A DNA stretch of 64,000 nt from Novakomyces olei (GCA_016906335.1 JADEYG010000012.1:558001-622000); one strand, 5' to 3'. Numbered from the stretch's first letter, positions 22,521 through 35,303 are shown. Translations and numbers: made by a program. The notes: a model not told the origin generated them from the sequence alone.

Positions 22521-25500
22521 TTACCCTGTCTCCCCACCGGCGCAGGAAGGGCAGGTGAAGCAGTGGGCGTCCGAGACTCTAAGCACGGTATAAACACCCT
22601 CAGACGAAGAAAATATGCTATAACTGTAGTCCCTTATACCCGTAATCGTGTGTGTTTCCAGCACTTTACCCAGCTTTTTCCCCTTTATTTGGCTGCGGGT
22701 ATAGGTGAAAGCAAATGGCGGTGTCCCCGTAAAACTGAACCGGATTTCGGCCCGGTCGCCCTCGTGAATATCCTCTACGACATTCAGCCCTTCACTGATC
22801 CTGACAGAGGGCAGTTCGTGGATAGTGACGGGACGGAAGTTTACAGCAGCCGAGAACCCACTGGCTGCGTCAGACACTGTAAGCAGTTCAAAGCTGCCTG
22901 GGCTTGAAGCCACTCGGGAGAACGTATTGCCCTGTACGCGACTGTGCTGCTCAATATCGGCAAATCTGTGTGTAACGGTAAACGGAGGTTGACCAATGAG
23001 CATGTAAGAGATCCTGTCGCCCACACAGTAATCAGACTTGACATCGCGGTCTGATACGGAGGGCAGTTCGGAAACAACGACGCTTACTCCCGCTTCACTG
23101 CTTAAATCCTGAGGACAAGCTCTGGCATCTCTAACCTGCTTTAACCGTAGCTGATGCGTCCCTAACGGCAGTGAATTTTCCGGCAGAGTAACATTGTACT
23201 TGGCGGAATCTATGCCACTGAACCTGACAGTGTCCACGGTACCCGTGAGTATATGGAAAATCTCCATACTGACAGAGAAGGGGGCGACTCCCCGCAGCAG
23301 TATCGGGATTTGATGGTTCCTGCAGCCTTCAAACTGCTGATCACACAGTTTGTAAATGTGCCTTGGCGACGCGAAAACTGCCCTCGGGTTTTGTGTTACT
23401 TTTTGTACGAGCACGTAGTCTGAGACAGCAGTGCGGACAAGACTCGCGTCAGTTTCAGTCTCGTCTGTAAGCGCAACGTCAAAGGAGTCAATCTTGTAAA
23501 AGGCATCCGACAGGGCGGTGATCCTGTAGCGATAGGTCCCTGGCTTGGAAGCAACGGAGCCTGCTCTGCCCGATCCCGCAGTGACGAGGCGAACTGCAGG
23601 GCTCGTAGACCTTAGAGTTTTGCTCTCCCGTGAGACTAATCTCGACTCTTCGTCGTACAATTCGACGTCATAGTCGACTACAAAAGGAGCGTGGCCAGCA
23701 AGATTGATCAGGACGGTATTAGACCCGCCTTCACACACCTCTTTTACACTATAAACTGCCTCATTTGACTGCGCCTGTGAGTCTGCCATTGTCAACAATG
23801 ACCCAGTTTCCGGAGCAAAAGACAGCGAGGGTTTTGTTATATGCTTCACCACCATACTCGTCTGGCCTTTAGGCCGCCCACCCAAACATTCAGCATCGTC
23901 TATCCGGGTCAGTGTGTACTCGCCCGGCTCTGAGACCAACAGGAACCCGTTTGCGTCACTGATCTTTGCAGAAAAACAGGATTCACAATCAGTGCTGGGA
24001 TCAGTACTCGTGCTAGTCATCTTGTCAGTACTACTGCCACTGCCAAGATCGGCCCTGCGGTAGTATACTGTCCAGGGCGACACTCCGGTCAGACGAAGAG
24101 GCAGCTTTGCCTTGACTGGCTCCGGGATATGAACGTCTACTGATCCGTCTATAGTATTGAACGAGGCTGAGGGCATTTCACGTCGAACATCCAGCATTGC
24201 TTGAAACCCGTCGAGTAGTGAAGGGCAGTTGTTGGAGTCCTCCACACTGAGCAACTGCACTAAATGAATACCGCCCTGGTCCAGCGGAGGCAATTCCAAA
24301 TCTACACGGCTACCCTGCACATGCTCAAGAGCCAGCTTTTGCCTTCTAGTACCATGAACAATCTCATAGTTCAAGTTCCAAGGACCCGACCCGTAGAACT
24401 GCACAGGCAGGGAAACACTGCTGCCCAGGCAGACACCCCGCCTTTCAATTTTACCGTCTACGCTGCCAACAAAACTGGCCCCTGCTTTAGGGTATATTTG
24501 CTTTTCTATTTTGTAACCCTCCCCACTCAGAGCAACAGGGCCATAATGGCTATCCCGTACGCTTATAAACTCATAAGCATAGTGGCCTGCAACAGAGGGC
24601 GTGAACCTCAACTGATGCCGGTTCTGTGCAATCTTGACAGACTTGACCCGCGCCTCTTTCCGGTTTATAATCTCCTTGTAAGCAATTTGGAACGGAGGCG
24701 TCCCGATGAAATCAAGCTCGGCGACAATGCCCACCGACCCAACGCATTTGTCCTGAATGGGCTGGAACCCCACCTGCAATTCTGGCAGTGGCGGGACAAT
24801 GACAGGGCAGCTGTTGGGTGCTTTTACTTCCCCGTTACATGTTCCACTGTAGGCAGATATTATTGTGTAGAGACCCGCTGCATCGACAGAGAGCACTGGC
24901 CTTTTAGCCACGACTGTACGGTTAAAAAGGCCGACAGCAGCGCTTGAGCTCTGCTCATTGACAGCGTCAGCAGTCGCTGTATACTCGAGCGTCAAATCGT
25001 ACCGTGCAGAGGGCAATGAGGGGTCCAAGGCAAGAGGCAAATCGACGCTTTTGCCCCGCAAAAGCGTCAATGGATGCTCAATGTCACAGCTCCTAAATGC
25101 AATGGAGGCCTTGGGCTCCACTCGGAAAAGGACTGCAAAGTCACTGGACCGGGTGTGCGGCGAGACTGCACTTTCCGGCTCTGGAGTGTAGAGTTTGACT
25201 GTGTTACCCAGCGCGTCCGTTACAGACTCTATATAATAAAGCACATCGCCATCGTGGCCAAATACAAGGGGAATCGTGGTAACAATGTCCTGCGGGTAGC
25301 CCATTACATGTCCCCCGGACGAGGTCAGGTCTCCCAGGACTTGATCGCCTACAAAAGAGCGTGAACGCCAGCCATACTTAATTTGCAGCGGAGCAATTCC
25401 GTGTGCAGCTACGCGGATATCATCTGCATCGCCCCGGCATTTTTTCGTATTTTTGTTGTGCAGTATTCGGGCAGAAGGGCAATCGACTACACGGGCAGTA

Positions 25501-26324
25501 GAGGCGTAGACCCGGGTGGGTAGATTGGACTTGTCCAGCACTTGGCTCACGTGATAAGTCCCCGGCTGAGAGATGGGAATATTAAGGGCAATTGTGCGGA
25601 ACAAATGCTGCTCTGCCGCCCTGTCTTGGTGCGCAATTAGGCTGCGCAATTGCCGGCCAGTAAAGTTTAACTGCTGCTCTTCACTCTGCAACTGCACGAG
25701 TCGAAGAGGCAGTGTGGCATTCACTGTCAGCGGCACAACCGCTGGTGACCCCGGCGCTATACAAAACGCCAAAGAGTCCGGGTTCAAGCGTGCATAGGCT
25801 TCTGGAAGCACCCGCACCGTGTGCTGTCCCAAGATACTGGATTTATTGTGCAGAATAGTATCGACATCGACCCGTTTGCCCAGCAGCGACAGTTCACGGT
25901 GGTATACGAGCCGCCATAGTGAGGCAGCGACAAGACTCCAGGGAACGCGAACAGACGAGGAGGCAAAAGCCGTAACTGCTGCCATTGCCGCAATTTGCAA
26001 GGTCACTGTTCGCGGAGGCCAAGTGAGCCAGGGGATCCGTAAATACGGCAAAAGTACGAGAAAAGTACCGTCCAGCAACAGCCATTTTGCTACAAATACG
26101 GCTCGCTCAGGCGTCGAGCGTACAGATCCCTCGTAAACGGTCCCCACTAACTGTAAAAAGTCCCATAGTTTGTACGCCTGAAGGCACATAAACACGGCTG
26201 CCACGTAAAATCGCTGCGTTGGAACATCGAGCAGAGATTCGGGGATTATCGGAGGACGCGACACTATTGCGCGCCGGTGCGTGTGCGACGGCACCCGTGC
26301 ACCGCCTCTACTTTTATTGTCCAT
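22521..26324 (-). CDS. POM152: Nuclear pore membrane protein Pom152
   Basis: N-terminus PIIPESLLDVPTQRFY..QAYKLWDF, LPYLRIPWL and ILGQHTVRVLPE. Repeated Ig-like units (G.PPF/PW...Y) and EDIHEGDRAEIRFSFTGTPPFAFTYTRS. Start taken at MDNKS. Confidence 0.95.
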   Translation of the reverse strand: MDNKSRGGARVPSHTHRRAIVSRPPIIPESLLDVPTQRFYVAAVFMCLQAYKLWDFLQLVGTVYEGSVRSTPERAVFVAKWLLLDGTFLVLLPYLRIPWLTWPPRTVTLQIAAMAAVTAFASSSVRVPWSLVAASLWRLVYHRELSLLGKRVDVDTILHNKSSILGQHTVRVLPEAYARLNPDSLAFCIAPGSPAVVPLTVNATLPLRLVQLQSEEQQLNFTGRQLRSLIAHQDRAAEQHLFRTIALNIPISQPGTYHVSQVLDKSNLPTRVYASTARVVDCPSARILHNKNTKKCRGDADDIRVAAHGIAPLQIKYGWRSRSFVGDQVLGDLTSSGGHVMGYPQDIVTTIPLVFGHDGDVLYYIESVTDALGNTVKLYTPEPESAVSPHTRSSDFAVLFRVEPKASIAFRSCDIEHPLTLLRGKSVDLPLALDPSLPSARYDLTLEYTATADAVNEQSSSAAVGLFNRTVVAKRPVLSVDAAGLYTIISAYSGTCNGEVKAPNSCPVIVPPLPELQVGFQPIQDKCVGSVGIVAELDFIGTPPFQIAYKEIINRKEARVKSVKIAQNRHQLRFTPSVAGHYAYEFISVRDSHYGPVALSGEGYKIEKQIYPKAGASFVGSVDGKIERRGVCLGSSVSLPVQFYGSGPWNLNYEIVHGTRRQKLALEHVQGSRVDLELPPLDQGGIHLVQLLSVEDSNNCPSLLDGFQAMLDVRREMPSASFNTIDGSVDVHIPEPVKAKLPLRLTGVSPWTVYYRRADLGSGSSTDKMTSTSTDPSTDCESCFSAKISDANGFLLVSEPGEYTLTRIDDAECLGGRPKGQTSMVVKHITKPSLSFAPETGSLLTMADSQAQSNEAVYSVKEVCEGGSNTVLINLAGHAPFVVDYDVELYDEESRLVSRESKTLRSTSPAVRLVTAGSGRAGSVASKPGTYRYRITALSDAFYKIDSFDVALTDETETDASLVRTAVSDYVLVQKVTQNPRAVFASPRHIYKLCDQQFEGCRNHQIPILLRGVAPFSVSMEIFHILTGTVDTVRFSGIDSAKYNVTLPENSLPLGTHQLRLKQVRDARACPQDLSSEAGVSVVVSELPSVSDRDVKSDYCVGDRISYMLIGQPPFTVTHRFADIEQHSRVQGNTFSRVASSPGSFELLTVSDAASGFSAAVNFRPVTIHELPSVRISEGLNVVEDIHEGDRAEIRFSFTGTPPFAFTYTRSQIKGKKLGKVLETHTITGIRDYSYSIFSSSEGVYTVLRVSDAHCFTCPSCAGGETG

Positions 26325-26410
26325 TGCCCATGTCGTTTGTGCCTTTGTAAATAAAACGTTGATCTCGTCAAATATTGTGCAAATAGTATGCAATTAGTGA
26401 ATAATTAGTG

Positions 26411-26634
26411 AATAAATAAATAAAATAAAATAAAATAAAATAAAATAAAATAAAATAAAATAAAATAAAATAAAATAAAATAAAATAAAATAAAATAAAA
26501 TAAAATAAAATAAAATAAAATAAAATAAAATAAAATAAAATAAAATAGAATAAAATAAAATAAAATAAAATAAAATAAAATAAAATAAAATAAAATAAAA
26601 TAAAATAAAATAAAATAAAATATTAATAAATAAA
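26411..26634. repeat. (AAAAT)n microsatellite in the POM152/LENG1-like divergent promoter
   Basis: About 40 pentamer units with one interruption. Confidence 0.98.
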
Positions 26635-26754
26635 AAATCATTTATTGTTCGATAGACCCAACAGTGTTTTGTTAATAAACAACCTCGAAATATAAATCAA
26701 CGCCAATACTCACTGCGCAACGTCATTCACGGCTTTATTCTGCAATATGTGCTA

Positions 26755-27703
26755 ATGGTTCTTCATTTGCTGCCAAAGAAAAGGTGACAAATTGCCAATT
26801 TACTCATTTATTAACATGAAATCAGTTGGAACGTTTACAATCCCGAAAATGTTGAGCGCGTCCGTCGCGATGAGGAGGCAGCGCGTGAACAGGAGGAGCG
26901 CGAGGAGGCGCAATTGCAGCAGGCAGTAAGTATTGTTACAGCTTTGCTGAATAGATCTGATTTTATAAAGGATCGCGAGTACCGTATTGAGACTCTGAAA
27001 CGGAAGTCAGCAGGCTCACAAGTTTCTGGCCAGCTCTGTTCTGCCAGACCGGCTGGTGACGATGTGCGAGACGATGTAGAGAGCAAATCATTAGCTCCAC
27101 TCCAGCGTCATATTGATCTTTTTGCTCCGCCTACTGCGGGAGAAAAGCGTCGGGCAGATCGTGAAGCCAAAGCTGCAGAAGAAGCGGTTCGTCTTGACGA
27201 TTCTCTCGGCCGCAGATTGGACAGGTCGAATCGAGGTATATTACAAAATAATGTACTGGCCTATTCTAATAACAACAGATCCTGTTCAATGGTACCGACA
27301 GGAACCTAAAGATACGACAAAGGAAGATGGAAGGAGAGACAGCCAAGAAGCCAGCATTGCTGAAAGACCAGGCAAGAGGCAAAGGGCGGAATGGAATGAA
27401 AAATTAAACCTTTCTATGAACGATCCTATTTTCGCCATGCAAAAGGGTCTAGAGCTTAAACGTGCCGCCAGACAAGACGCTGAAGGGCCGAATAATACTT
27501 TTGCCGGAAGTAGACGCGAACGAGAACAAAAGGGACTGGCGGAACATGAAAAGGGTCAAGAAAGAGAAGGCCGCCATCGTCACCATCACCATCGCCGCCA
27601 CCATCATACACATAGAGACAAGGGAAGGGAGGATCAAAGCCATCGTTCTCATCGAGAACGACACCAGGATAGAGATCGAGAACGAGAGCGTGCTCGATCT
27701 TGA
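26755..27703 (+). CDS. Cir_N-domain splicing-associated protein (LENG1/Cwc25-like), 4 exons
   Basis: Spliced N-terminus MVLHLLPKKSWNVYNPENVERVRRDEEAA, plus HIDLF, NDP.FAM and an R/H-rich tail. Confidence 0.8.
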
Positions 27704-27791
27704 TCATTATGCGCTTTTGTCATTAACCAAAATTCCAAAACTCGGTCAGGCTCTATTATACTGTCTAGTACTTGAACAAATCTTTTAATAA

Positions 27792-29227
27792 TCAAACAGG
27801 TGGTATCTCTGGTATCTGGCCTAATACAAATTCCGGGCTTGAAAAGGCTTCTTTTGCTTCCTGAGGGAGAGCATTTGAGCCATCAGTCTTAACTTCAACT
27901 GACTTTGGCTGATCTTGCTGCTTTGCCTGTGCAATTTCAAACCCATTAGCCTGTGTCCCTGGCTGTGATGCAGGCGTTGAGGAAACTGGAGTACCTACAT
28001 TGGCGTGCTTGAATGCATCCTGTGGTTGAGAGCTCTGACCAAACAAGCCTCCAGCAGACTGCGAAGGTTGACCAAAAGCTCCTTGGTTCAAAGTGCCAGT
28101 ATTGGGCTGCTGCGTGCTTTGCCCAAAGCCGATAGCATTTTGACCAAAACCTGACGATTGAGCTAATGGACCAGGGGTAGCATTGATTGCCTGCTGAGCG
28201 CCAAAAGCAGAATTCTGCTGGCCAAAAGCAGTGGATGTTGGCTGTTGTACTTGTCCAAATGCTGATGATGTTGGCTGTGAAGTCTGACCAAAAGCTGCTG
28301 GCGCTTGGCCAAAAGCGGATGGCTGTGAAGGCTGTCCAAATGCTGAAGGAAAAGCCGAGGCTGCTTGTCCAAAGGCCGAAACTGGCTGCGACGTTTGTCC
28401 AAATGCGGAGGTCGGCGCTTGCCCAAAGGCACTTTGCATTGATGATTGTCCAAAAGTCGAAGTCGGCATTTGACCAAATGCCGATGTAGAGGGCTGACCA
28501 AAAGCCGTTGGTTGTTTCTGTGCTTGCCCAAAAGCAGATTGGTGCTGTAAATTTCCAAACGCCGACTGAGGTTGACCGAAACTCGGGCGAGCCGTACTCC
28601 CTGTATTTGGCTGCCGAAAAGCGGACTGGCCAGTACCATTCGGGCCAGATTTAGAAGCGGCTTCAATAGCCCTCATGTATATATCAATTGCCTTGCGTGG
28701 GTCGTTTAGCGTTTCTTGTACCATTTGCTGCACATGTGCTATAGCGGAGGACTCCTCCTGTATCTGTCGAAATCATGTTAGAAAAGTGCCTTGAAACGAC
28801 TAGACGAATAAATATAAACAAGAATTACGTATAGCGGAAACTGGTTGACTGCCTGCAACTCATAAGCTCTCGCACGTAGCTCCTCCGGCGACAAATCGAC
28901 GCCCTGGATATAGTTTTGGCGTCCACCAGAAATCGCATATACTGTAAGCGGCCACATGGGCCGCGCTCGCCGGAGATCTTCATCGATGATAGACGGACTG
29001 TGTGTTAGGCAAATACAAAGCGCGATCTCAAATATACTCTGGTCCCGTCCGGGATTTCGCTGCAGAGTTAGATATAGTTTACTTGATAAGGCAAACAAAC
29101 CTGGAGCTCCAGCACTCGGGTGTTCCTTGAAACAGCGGCTGCCAAACTTGCACTTCCCTATGACAAATCAGCCCATCTCCAATATTTACTCACGCATACC
29201 CTGCAAGAAATGCTGGCACACAACCAT
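27792..29227 (-). CDS. AMO1: CCCH zinc-finger FG nucleoporin Amo1/Nup42 (NUPL2-like)
   Basis: MVVCQHFLQG..CKFGSRCFKEHP finger, RPMWPLTVY..DLSPEELR, many SAFGQ repeats and C-terminal F.LGQIPEIPP. Includes a 22-nt micro-exon at 29038-29059. Confidence 0.9.
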
Positions 29228-29418
29228 TGCTACCGCGACCCAAAAAGTTTGATTGTCATCATATTCAAAATAAAGCTGTGTATATCGTTATCTGATTTAT
29301 AGTAACAATCGCCATTTCATACGCTGAATTAATTACTTCATATTATTTCATATTATTTCATTTTAATCAATTGTTTGATATTGTATGACTATCAGCGACA
29401 CTGTTTACGTGGTCAAAA

Positions 29419-30347
29419 ATGGTCCTAAAAGACTTGTTTTCAAGTCGCCGTCGCAGTCCCTTCTATGCAAAATCGGAAATTGAACGGTTGAGGCAATTGC
29501 GTTCTTGTCAATTTGATCAATCACTTTTTTTCGATTTAATACTGCGACAAGTTTCAGGTCAGGAAAGAGGTAAGCTGGCTTTGCTAATGTATGAGCTAAA
29601 TGTTTAGTATCTAAACTGTATCCTCCCACATCCAATGATCAATTTTGGAGTTTGGTCGATGTAATAGAAAACTCACCTGCGGACGAGCTTAAACGCCGCC
29701 TCTGCTTATATTATCTGTGCTTGGATGCCGGCAAGGGTTCACAATTTGCTGGCCTTGTCGGCTTACCGCTCTCGCTGCGGTCTGTTATTGATGGATACTG
29801 GGCGCTGGATCGGCTGCAGTATGATGTATTCCAAATATCTTCTTGCTCAGATTTTTTAATTTTCTTTTATTTCTATCCTTCTTTTCTTTTGGGAATACTG
29901 ACAATGCAGGATGCGTACGCGTCTTTTACCAGTGCCGGGATCAGCGTAGGCTTCCCTGCGCGTATTATTAATATTTTTGCCAGCCTGAAACCAGAACAAG
30001 AAGGCGCACAAAAAGCAGTCGGGTTTTACGAATCGGTTCAGCCGGCTTTTACTAGCCTTGAAGACCTTTCATTCTACTACAAGTGCCTGTTGCAAGTTGA
30101 TGTAGTCTCTGCCTTTGCGCTACAGCGGAGCATCACTAGTATGGAGTTCAAACAGCATCTCCTAGAGCTTCTTTTAAAATACATTTTTGATACCCCCTCT
30201 GAAAAGAATCTCGCTCTCGCATTACCATGGAACACACAGGAAATGAAAACGTTCCATCGACTCGCGAATTCGCCTCCTGCGTCAGATCTTTATAGTGCTT
30301 ATTTACTTCATTCTTGCAATCCTTTGCCATCGCGACAGAAATATTGA
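29419..30347 (+). CDS. ELYS-like nucleoporin (Ely5-type, short fungal form)
   Basis: LYPP.S...L, LYYLCLD, FA..VGLP...VIDGYWALD.LQY..A pattern of the fungal ELYS domain. Two introns. Confidence 0.8.
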
Positions 30348-30767
30348 CTCTATGCCGAAATTGCTGAGTCAACTTGAGAATGAATACTTTATTACTCTAA
30401 ATGTTTGGTTTTGAATGCAATTCATTTGAAACTAATTCTTTCATTGGATATTACTAATTGAAGCACTAAAACATGGCATGTCGAACCGAAAACGAATAGC
30501 TCTCGATCAGGTACAATTGTAAGATAAATGGGGAATTTAGAAAGGAGTAGAATAGGTCAATGAAAGAAGGGCGAGAAGTCTTTCAAAAAAAAAAGTAATT
30601 TCAAAAAAAAAAGTAAAAAAAAAGTTGTGAGTCTGCTCAGATGCAAAGCCCTCACCCGACCTTGTAGAAGCATGCTTTGCATCGGATGTTGTTTGAACTG
30701 CCGACATATAGGCAAGTAGGCAAGAAATAGAATTTCAAAATCTCAACCGTTCTTGTCCGTACGGCAT

Positions 30768-31676
30768 TTAGTTGTCAATAAAGCTCTTTACGTCAGTAAG
30801 CATTTGTCGGTACTCTTTGCCCTCCTTCAGCTCAATGTACTCGGAAATGCTGTTGGCGAGTTCTCCGTCAACACCAAGCGTGTCCAGGTACTTGTCAAAG
30901 CTGTTCTTGAGGGACTCGTCAAGGATTTCGTAGCGTGTACCATGATAACGACGCGACAGCTCGAGCTGATCACCCGCGCTTGGCTCCAAAGCCGTCTTTG
31001 CGTTAGGCAGGTAGCGAATCTGCTCAATCTCAAAGCTACCAAACTGAACAGTAGCATCGAGCTGAATAGCAGCAGACGACTTGCCCGGTCGTGTAATATA
31101 AATGGTAGCACCCAAAGTTACACCAGCTTCATCGTCCTCCAAGTAATCTTCCTCTTCCTCACGAGTATCATTCTCCCGAATCTCCTCTTCGTCCTCTGCG
31201 AAATCTTCCTGTCCATCCAAAGGACTCATCAAATCGGAGCTACTAACTTCCACACGTACACTAATACATAGTTAGAAAAATGTCCAAGAAACATAGAAAT
31301 AAAATTAAACTAAAAATAAAAATTAAATTAAATTGATTAATTAATTAATTAATTAATTGAAAGGTTCATACACAGTGTCATCAACTTGTCGCACAAAAGC
31401 AATATCATCACTACCCGGCTCGTCCTTAACAACAAACCCAGAAGAGCTTAAAAACTCCTTCAGATCCTCAGACTCAGTGTCCACATTTTCCGCCTCCAAT
31501 TCAATCTCGCGTTTGAGAGTCTTGGAAAGGCTCTGGCCAGATTGCTTGACCGTGCTCGCAAAACGTACGGCAGCTCCGGCTTGTTTCAGAGACGGACGCG
31601 CTACAGCAGCGTGAGCTGCGGCTACCCGGCCAAGAGGCCGCACGGCGGCAGGCAAGATTCTCAAATTGCGAATCAT
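30768..31676 (-). CDS. MAM33: Mitochondrial acidic matrix protein Mam33/C1QBP
   Basis: Arg/Ala-rich presequence, LKREIELE, acidic loop, and Y.G..YE.LDESL...F..YL..LGVD.ELA..I.EY...KE.KEY. One intron. Confidence 0.88.
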
Positions 31677-31869
31677 TGTAAATAGCGGGAAATTTGTAGC
31701 TTATGTCAAAAATTTGGAGCTTTGCTCTCTTTATACGTATGCGTTCAAAGTGACGATAATATGATGCTCTGAAATATTTTATAAGCACGCCTGATAATAC
31801 TGCAATTTCTATTTCTTTCCGACACGAAAATATGACAGTATAATTATTATTATTATTGTTGATAACGAA

Positions 31870-31891
31870 TTAGGGTTAGGGTTATTTAGGG
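31870..31891 (+). promoter_or_regulatory. Telomere-repeat box TTAGGGTTAGGGTTA-TTTAGGG in the MAM33/BDP1 divergent promoter
   Basis: Motif is seen directly; function is inferred. Confidence 0.4.
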
Positions 31892-32128
31892 CTTATTTGC
31901 CCTCTTACAATATGAGTGAGAAGGCTGCTTAGCGTCCAATGCAAGTATAAAGAAATTGATAATATTATTATTATCTGAGCTAGTTTGGGTTTGGCGATTT
32001 ACCATCCATCCAGATTATACCAACTAATGATTTGGGCGACTCTGTGCACGTGAAGAGCTTCAAAGTTGCGCGCTAATCAGACGAGCTGTTGATTTTATCT
32101 GTCCGGCAGACGTGTGCAGCAACGGGCG

Positions 32129-33097
32129 ATGGCTCCGTTATCAGATTTGCTCTACGAGGTCTTCCGGGCCGTTGAAGACGATGATCAGCGACTTGTAGAT
32201 GAGCGCATAGAGACGCTCAAAGCCAAATCAATGTCCGAAATGTGCCGTGAGCTCCGAGACGGTCGTGTTTCAAACAGGTTTTTACAAATTCGTGAGCACC
32301 GTAAGCGCAAAAAGCAGGAACGGGATGAGCTACTGAGCGACCGCGGCGAAAGCCCGGCTCCACAATCACCAGCTCCGTCAGATTCACAAAAGGACGTCAA
32401 ACGAAATATTCTGGACGCTATGGCGGACGAGCAGAATATACCACATTCTGCTCCTAGTAATGGGTATGATCAAGCCAACAGGGGAAATAAATAGTGAATC
32501 CTGGTTTCAGATAATACAGGCTCAAAAAAGAGGAAAAAATTTGATAGCATTCATATGCGTAACAAACTTTTGACTGACTGATTGACTGACCCTCGTTATA
32601 GAATTCAGGTTACATATGATGAGCATGGACGCGTGCAGGTTGTAAAGGAATCAATGACGGTGGATCGGCATCTACGAGACCAAATGCCCATGGATCAGGC
32701 GAGTATTGTGCACGAGTCGGATTTTGATAGACGCGTAAATTCAGCTAGCTTTTCCAAAAGACAGCGCACTGATAGGTGGACGGCACAAGAAGAAGCTCAG
32801 TTTTTTGAGTGCATCAGACAGTGGGGCACAGATTTCGAGATCATGTCGAAGCTTTTTCCCAATCGGACGCGTTCGCAGCTAAAAAGCAAGTACAAGTTGG
32901 AGGACAGGAAGAATCCGCAGCGGATCATTAGAGCATTGTATGGTCCTGCGCGAATGAACAAGGAGGAGTTTGATCTGGTCACTGGTTACGATCCTCATCA
33001 GGGAGCAATGGTTCCAGTAAAGTCGAGTGATACGCCACGGAGCCCGCAAACGGATACAGTGCCAGAAGCGCAATTTCCAGAGCAAGTACATTCTTAG
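32129..33097 (+). CDS. BDP1: TFIIIB subunit B'' (Bdp1), compact form; start uncertain
   Basis: SMSEMCRELRDG and RVNSASFSKR..TDRWT..E..QFF..IRQWGTDFEIMSKLFPNRTRSQLKSKYKLEDRKNP (Myb/SANT domain). One intron at about 32463-32601. Confidence 0.85.
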
Positions 33098-33605
33098 GAT
33101 TCTTGTTGGAAAAAGGTTTTTTGCGGTCTAGAATCTTTCGATACCAGTTAAAAGAGAGTTGGAACTTGTGTTGATGCAATTTATTGGGGATCTTATTCGT
33201 TGTTTATAATAGCATAGGAGTATGCCATATGAGTATGTCTTTGGGTATTGAAAGAGATTCAGGAGTTGGGTGACATATACATAGCCATGCCGAAATTAAA
33301 TAGTAATTTTGTATTCTTTTTTAAGGAAAATCTGGCTCTTTGAAAAGGATAGTTTGTGAGTAAAGGGCGAGTTTGTAGTTGTAGTTACTGCCCACATGGC
33401 CAACGCGTCATCATGGCGTTTGCAGACTGGAACTAGGTTCCCGTCAAAGGGTGGTACAGATTTACTTTGATCATTAAACCGAATTCCAGTAAATGTACTT
33501 TGTCCCTGCGACAGGCTTCATCACAAACCTCGTACAATTTCATGTATTTAATCATCACAGAAAGCAATTATTAATATAAAATCTGATTTTTGTCACTAAT
33601 CCTTC

Positions 33606-33767
<162 letters not shown>

Positions 33768-33832
33768 TATTATTGTTTTCTTGTCTATTTACAACCGCGC
33801 GATAACCAATTCCGTGGAGCTCAACAAGAGCA

Positions 33833-34937
33833 ATGTCTTCCGGGCTTTCGCGGCGCAGAGTCAACAATGCCAGTGGCGGCGGCAATGCCGATGAGCCGCG
33901 ACCGCAACGGACGACCCTTGAAGCGTCAACGGCCTCGAACGAAGACGACGACCATAAAATTGGTTATGATCCACACGACATTGGCGACGATGCGGCAACC
34001 CAACCAAAACTGACGTTAATGGAGGAAATACTTTTAATGGGACTAAAGGACCAGCAGGTAGGCAAAAGGCAGATAGGACTAGAAACCAAGAAACCGAAAT
34101 AAAAGACGATGAGAGATGATAGATCCAATTGAACTAGTATTTCTAACCTTTTATTTTTAACAGGGCTACCTCTCGTTCTGGAACGACAATATCTCATACG
34201 CTCTACGCGGCTGTATTCTACTTGAATTAGCTCTCAGAGGCCGAATTCAGATGCAGCGGGACAATGCCCGCCGTCGATTTCCGCTTCCTGATCGTCTTAT
34301 TGAGCTGGTGGACGATTCCATTACTGGGGAAGTGTTACTCGACGAGGCTTTGAACATGATTAAAACGAGCGAGCCAATGAGCGTTGCCTCGTGGGTTGAT
34401 CTCATGTCGGGCGAAACGTGGAACCTCATGAAGATTGGGTACCAATTAAAACAGGTCCGTGAACGTTTGGCCAAGGGCCTTGTGGATAAGGGGATTTTAC
34501 GTACTGAGAAACGGAATTTTTTGCTATTTGATATGGCTACGCATCCAGTGGCTGATTCGTCTGCCAAGGATGAGATACGTCGGCGTGTAATTGGAGCCGT
34601 TTCTTCACGCACGCTGGTGCTGCCTGCCACACCCTATTTTCCTGAAACTATTCCTTACCGGGCCTTGCGAACAGTTTGTCTTGTTTGTGCTGCCTACGCC
34701 GCAAATGTACTGGAAAACGCGCTTGCTGACATGGGCCACGAGGCACGTGAGCGATCGTTTGCCCGCGTATTTGAAATGCTGGGCGAGTACTCTGTTTGGC
34801 CGTTTGTCGTCCGGCCTGGTAACGGGAATCTGGGTGCTATGGTGCAGGAAGAAGTTTCCGACAAACAGCAGGACTTGAAGTTTGAGGTTGTTGCTGCCGT
34901 AATAGCGATACTGACGCGCCTGGATTCGATACTATAG
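33833..34937 (+). CDS. VPS74: Golgi phosphoprotein 3 homolog Vps74
   Basis: MSSGLSRRR, LTLMEEILLMGLKD|GYLSFWNDNISYALRG and LMSGETWN..KIGYQLKQVRERLAKGLVDKGILRTEKRNFLLFDMATHP. One intron. Confidence 0.96.
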
Positions 34938-35136
34938 GCAGGCAAGTGCCTTTTGTTTGCTAGTGGCTGTGCCCACCGTGTCTGTTTGTAGCCGTATCAG
35001 CATTTAGTGATATACTCTTTAGGCTTTATTATGCTATACAAATCAAAGAAGTTTTAGTCTCGTATTTGTCCCCTTACTAGATGCAAGCAACTGTGTAACG
35101 GATGTCTGTACCAGATGGCAGGTACGGCAACAATAG

Positions 35137-35303
35137 AATTTATTTTATTTTATTTTATTTTATTTTATTTTATTTTATTTTATTTTATTTTATTTTATTT
35201 TATTTTATTTTATTTTATTTTATTTTATTTTATTTTATTTTATTTTATTTTATTTTATTTTATTTTATTTTATTTTATTTTATTTTATTTTATTTTACTT
35301 TAT
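35137..35303. repeat. (TTTTA)n microsatellite between the convergent VPS74 and NDUFS7 genes
   Basis: About 32 units. Confidence 0.98.

Noticed and set aside
24264-24947. Long antisense ORFs within POM152, PRP5, HPC2, SMC6 and CHD1
   Set aside because: These are shadow frames of real genes with no recognisable domains.
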